Origin: Enoplolaimus lenunculus
Taxonomy: Eukaryota
Length of the DNA: 64,000 bases
Assembly (NCBI GenBank): GCA_030248215.1
Contig: JASANG010000295.1
Location: 124,001 to 188,000, forward strand
Direction of reading: 5' to 3'
The translations under genes were made by a program, and so were the position numbers. A model generated the notes under the pieces. It had not been told where the DNA came from and made no database searches. It was given only the letters and a program-made list of their open reading frames with translations. How positions within the stretch are numbered: the stretch's first letter is position 1; each line of letters starts with the position of its first letter. Below, in pieces: positions 63,854 through 64,000 of this stretch.

Positions 63854-64000
63854 GTAAATTGGATTTTAAACGCGGTCGTTTAATTAAATTAATTTTTAAG
63901 TAACGTTGTCATTTTAAATTTCTTCTAAAATATATACCAATTAAAAAATGGCTGGGAAATTTTTAGGTTTGCATTGATACTTACATTAATAGTTCAGATT

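Overview
AT-rich, intron-rich eukaryotic DNA, almost certainly from a nematode (TTTCAG/TTTTAG acceptors, interstitial TTAGGC repeats, an MSP-domain gene, a WR1/Lustrin-type Cys-rich exon). Most ORFs in the supplied track are spurious; the real genes are spliced. Manual exon assembly with phase checks gives six genes: (1) last exon of a Lustrin/WR1 Cys-rich protein (+); (2) an anion-type GABA-A-like Cys-loop subunit (-); (3) an MSP-domain protein (-); (4) a very divergent orphan Cys-loop subunit (-); (5) a two-pore K+ channel (TWK/K2P, +) whose second pore domain is not in the window; (6) a claudin/PMP22-like 4-TM protein with a ~1000-aa disordered tail (-), probably nested antisense in a TWK intron. 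The best finding is a pair of duplicated 127-nt exons in the TWK gene that must be mutually exclusive to keep frame. They encode alternative extracellular cap helices, and only one carries a Cys near the cap apex. Introns hold many non-autonomous elements: piggyBac-like MITEs with an internal tRNA-like Pol III module, MITEs with a TTAGGC core under three different TIRs, hAT, Tc1/pogo and Harbinger-like MITEs, a SINE-like element and a mariner remnant. Coordinates were read by eye; no alignment or database search was run.
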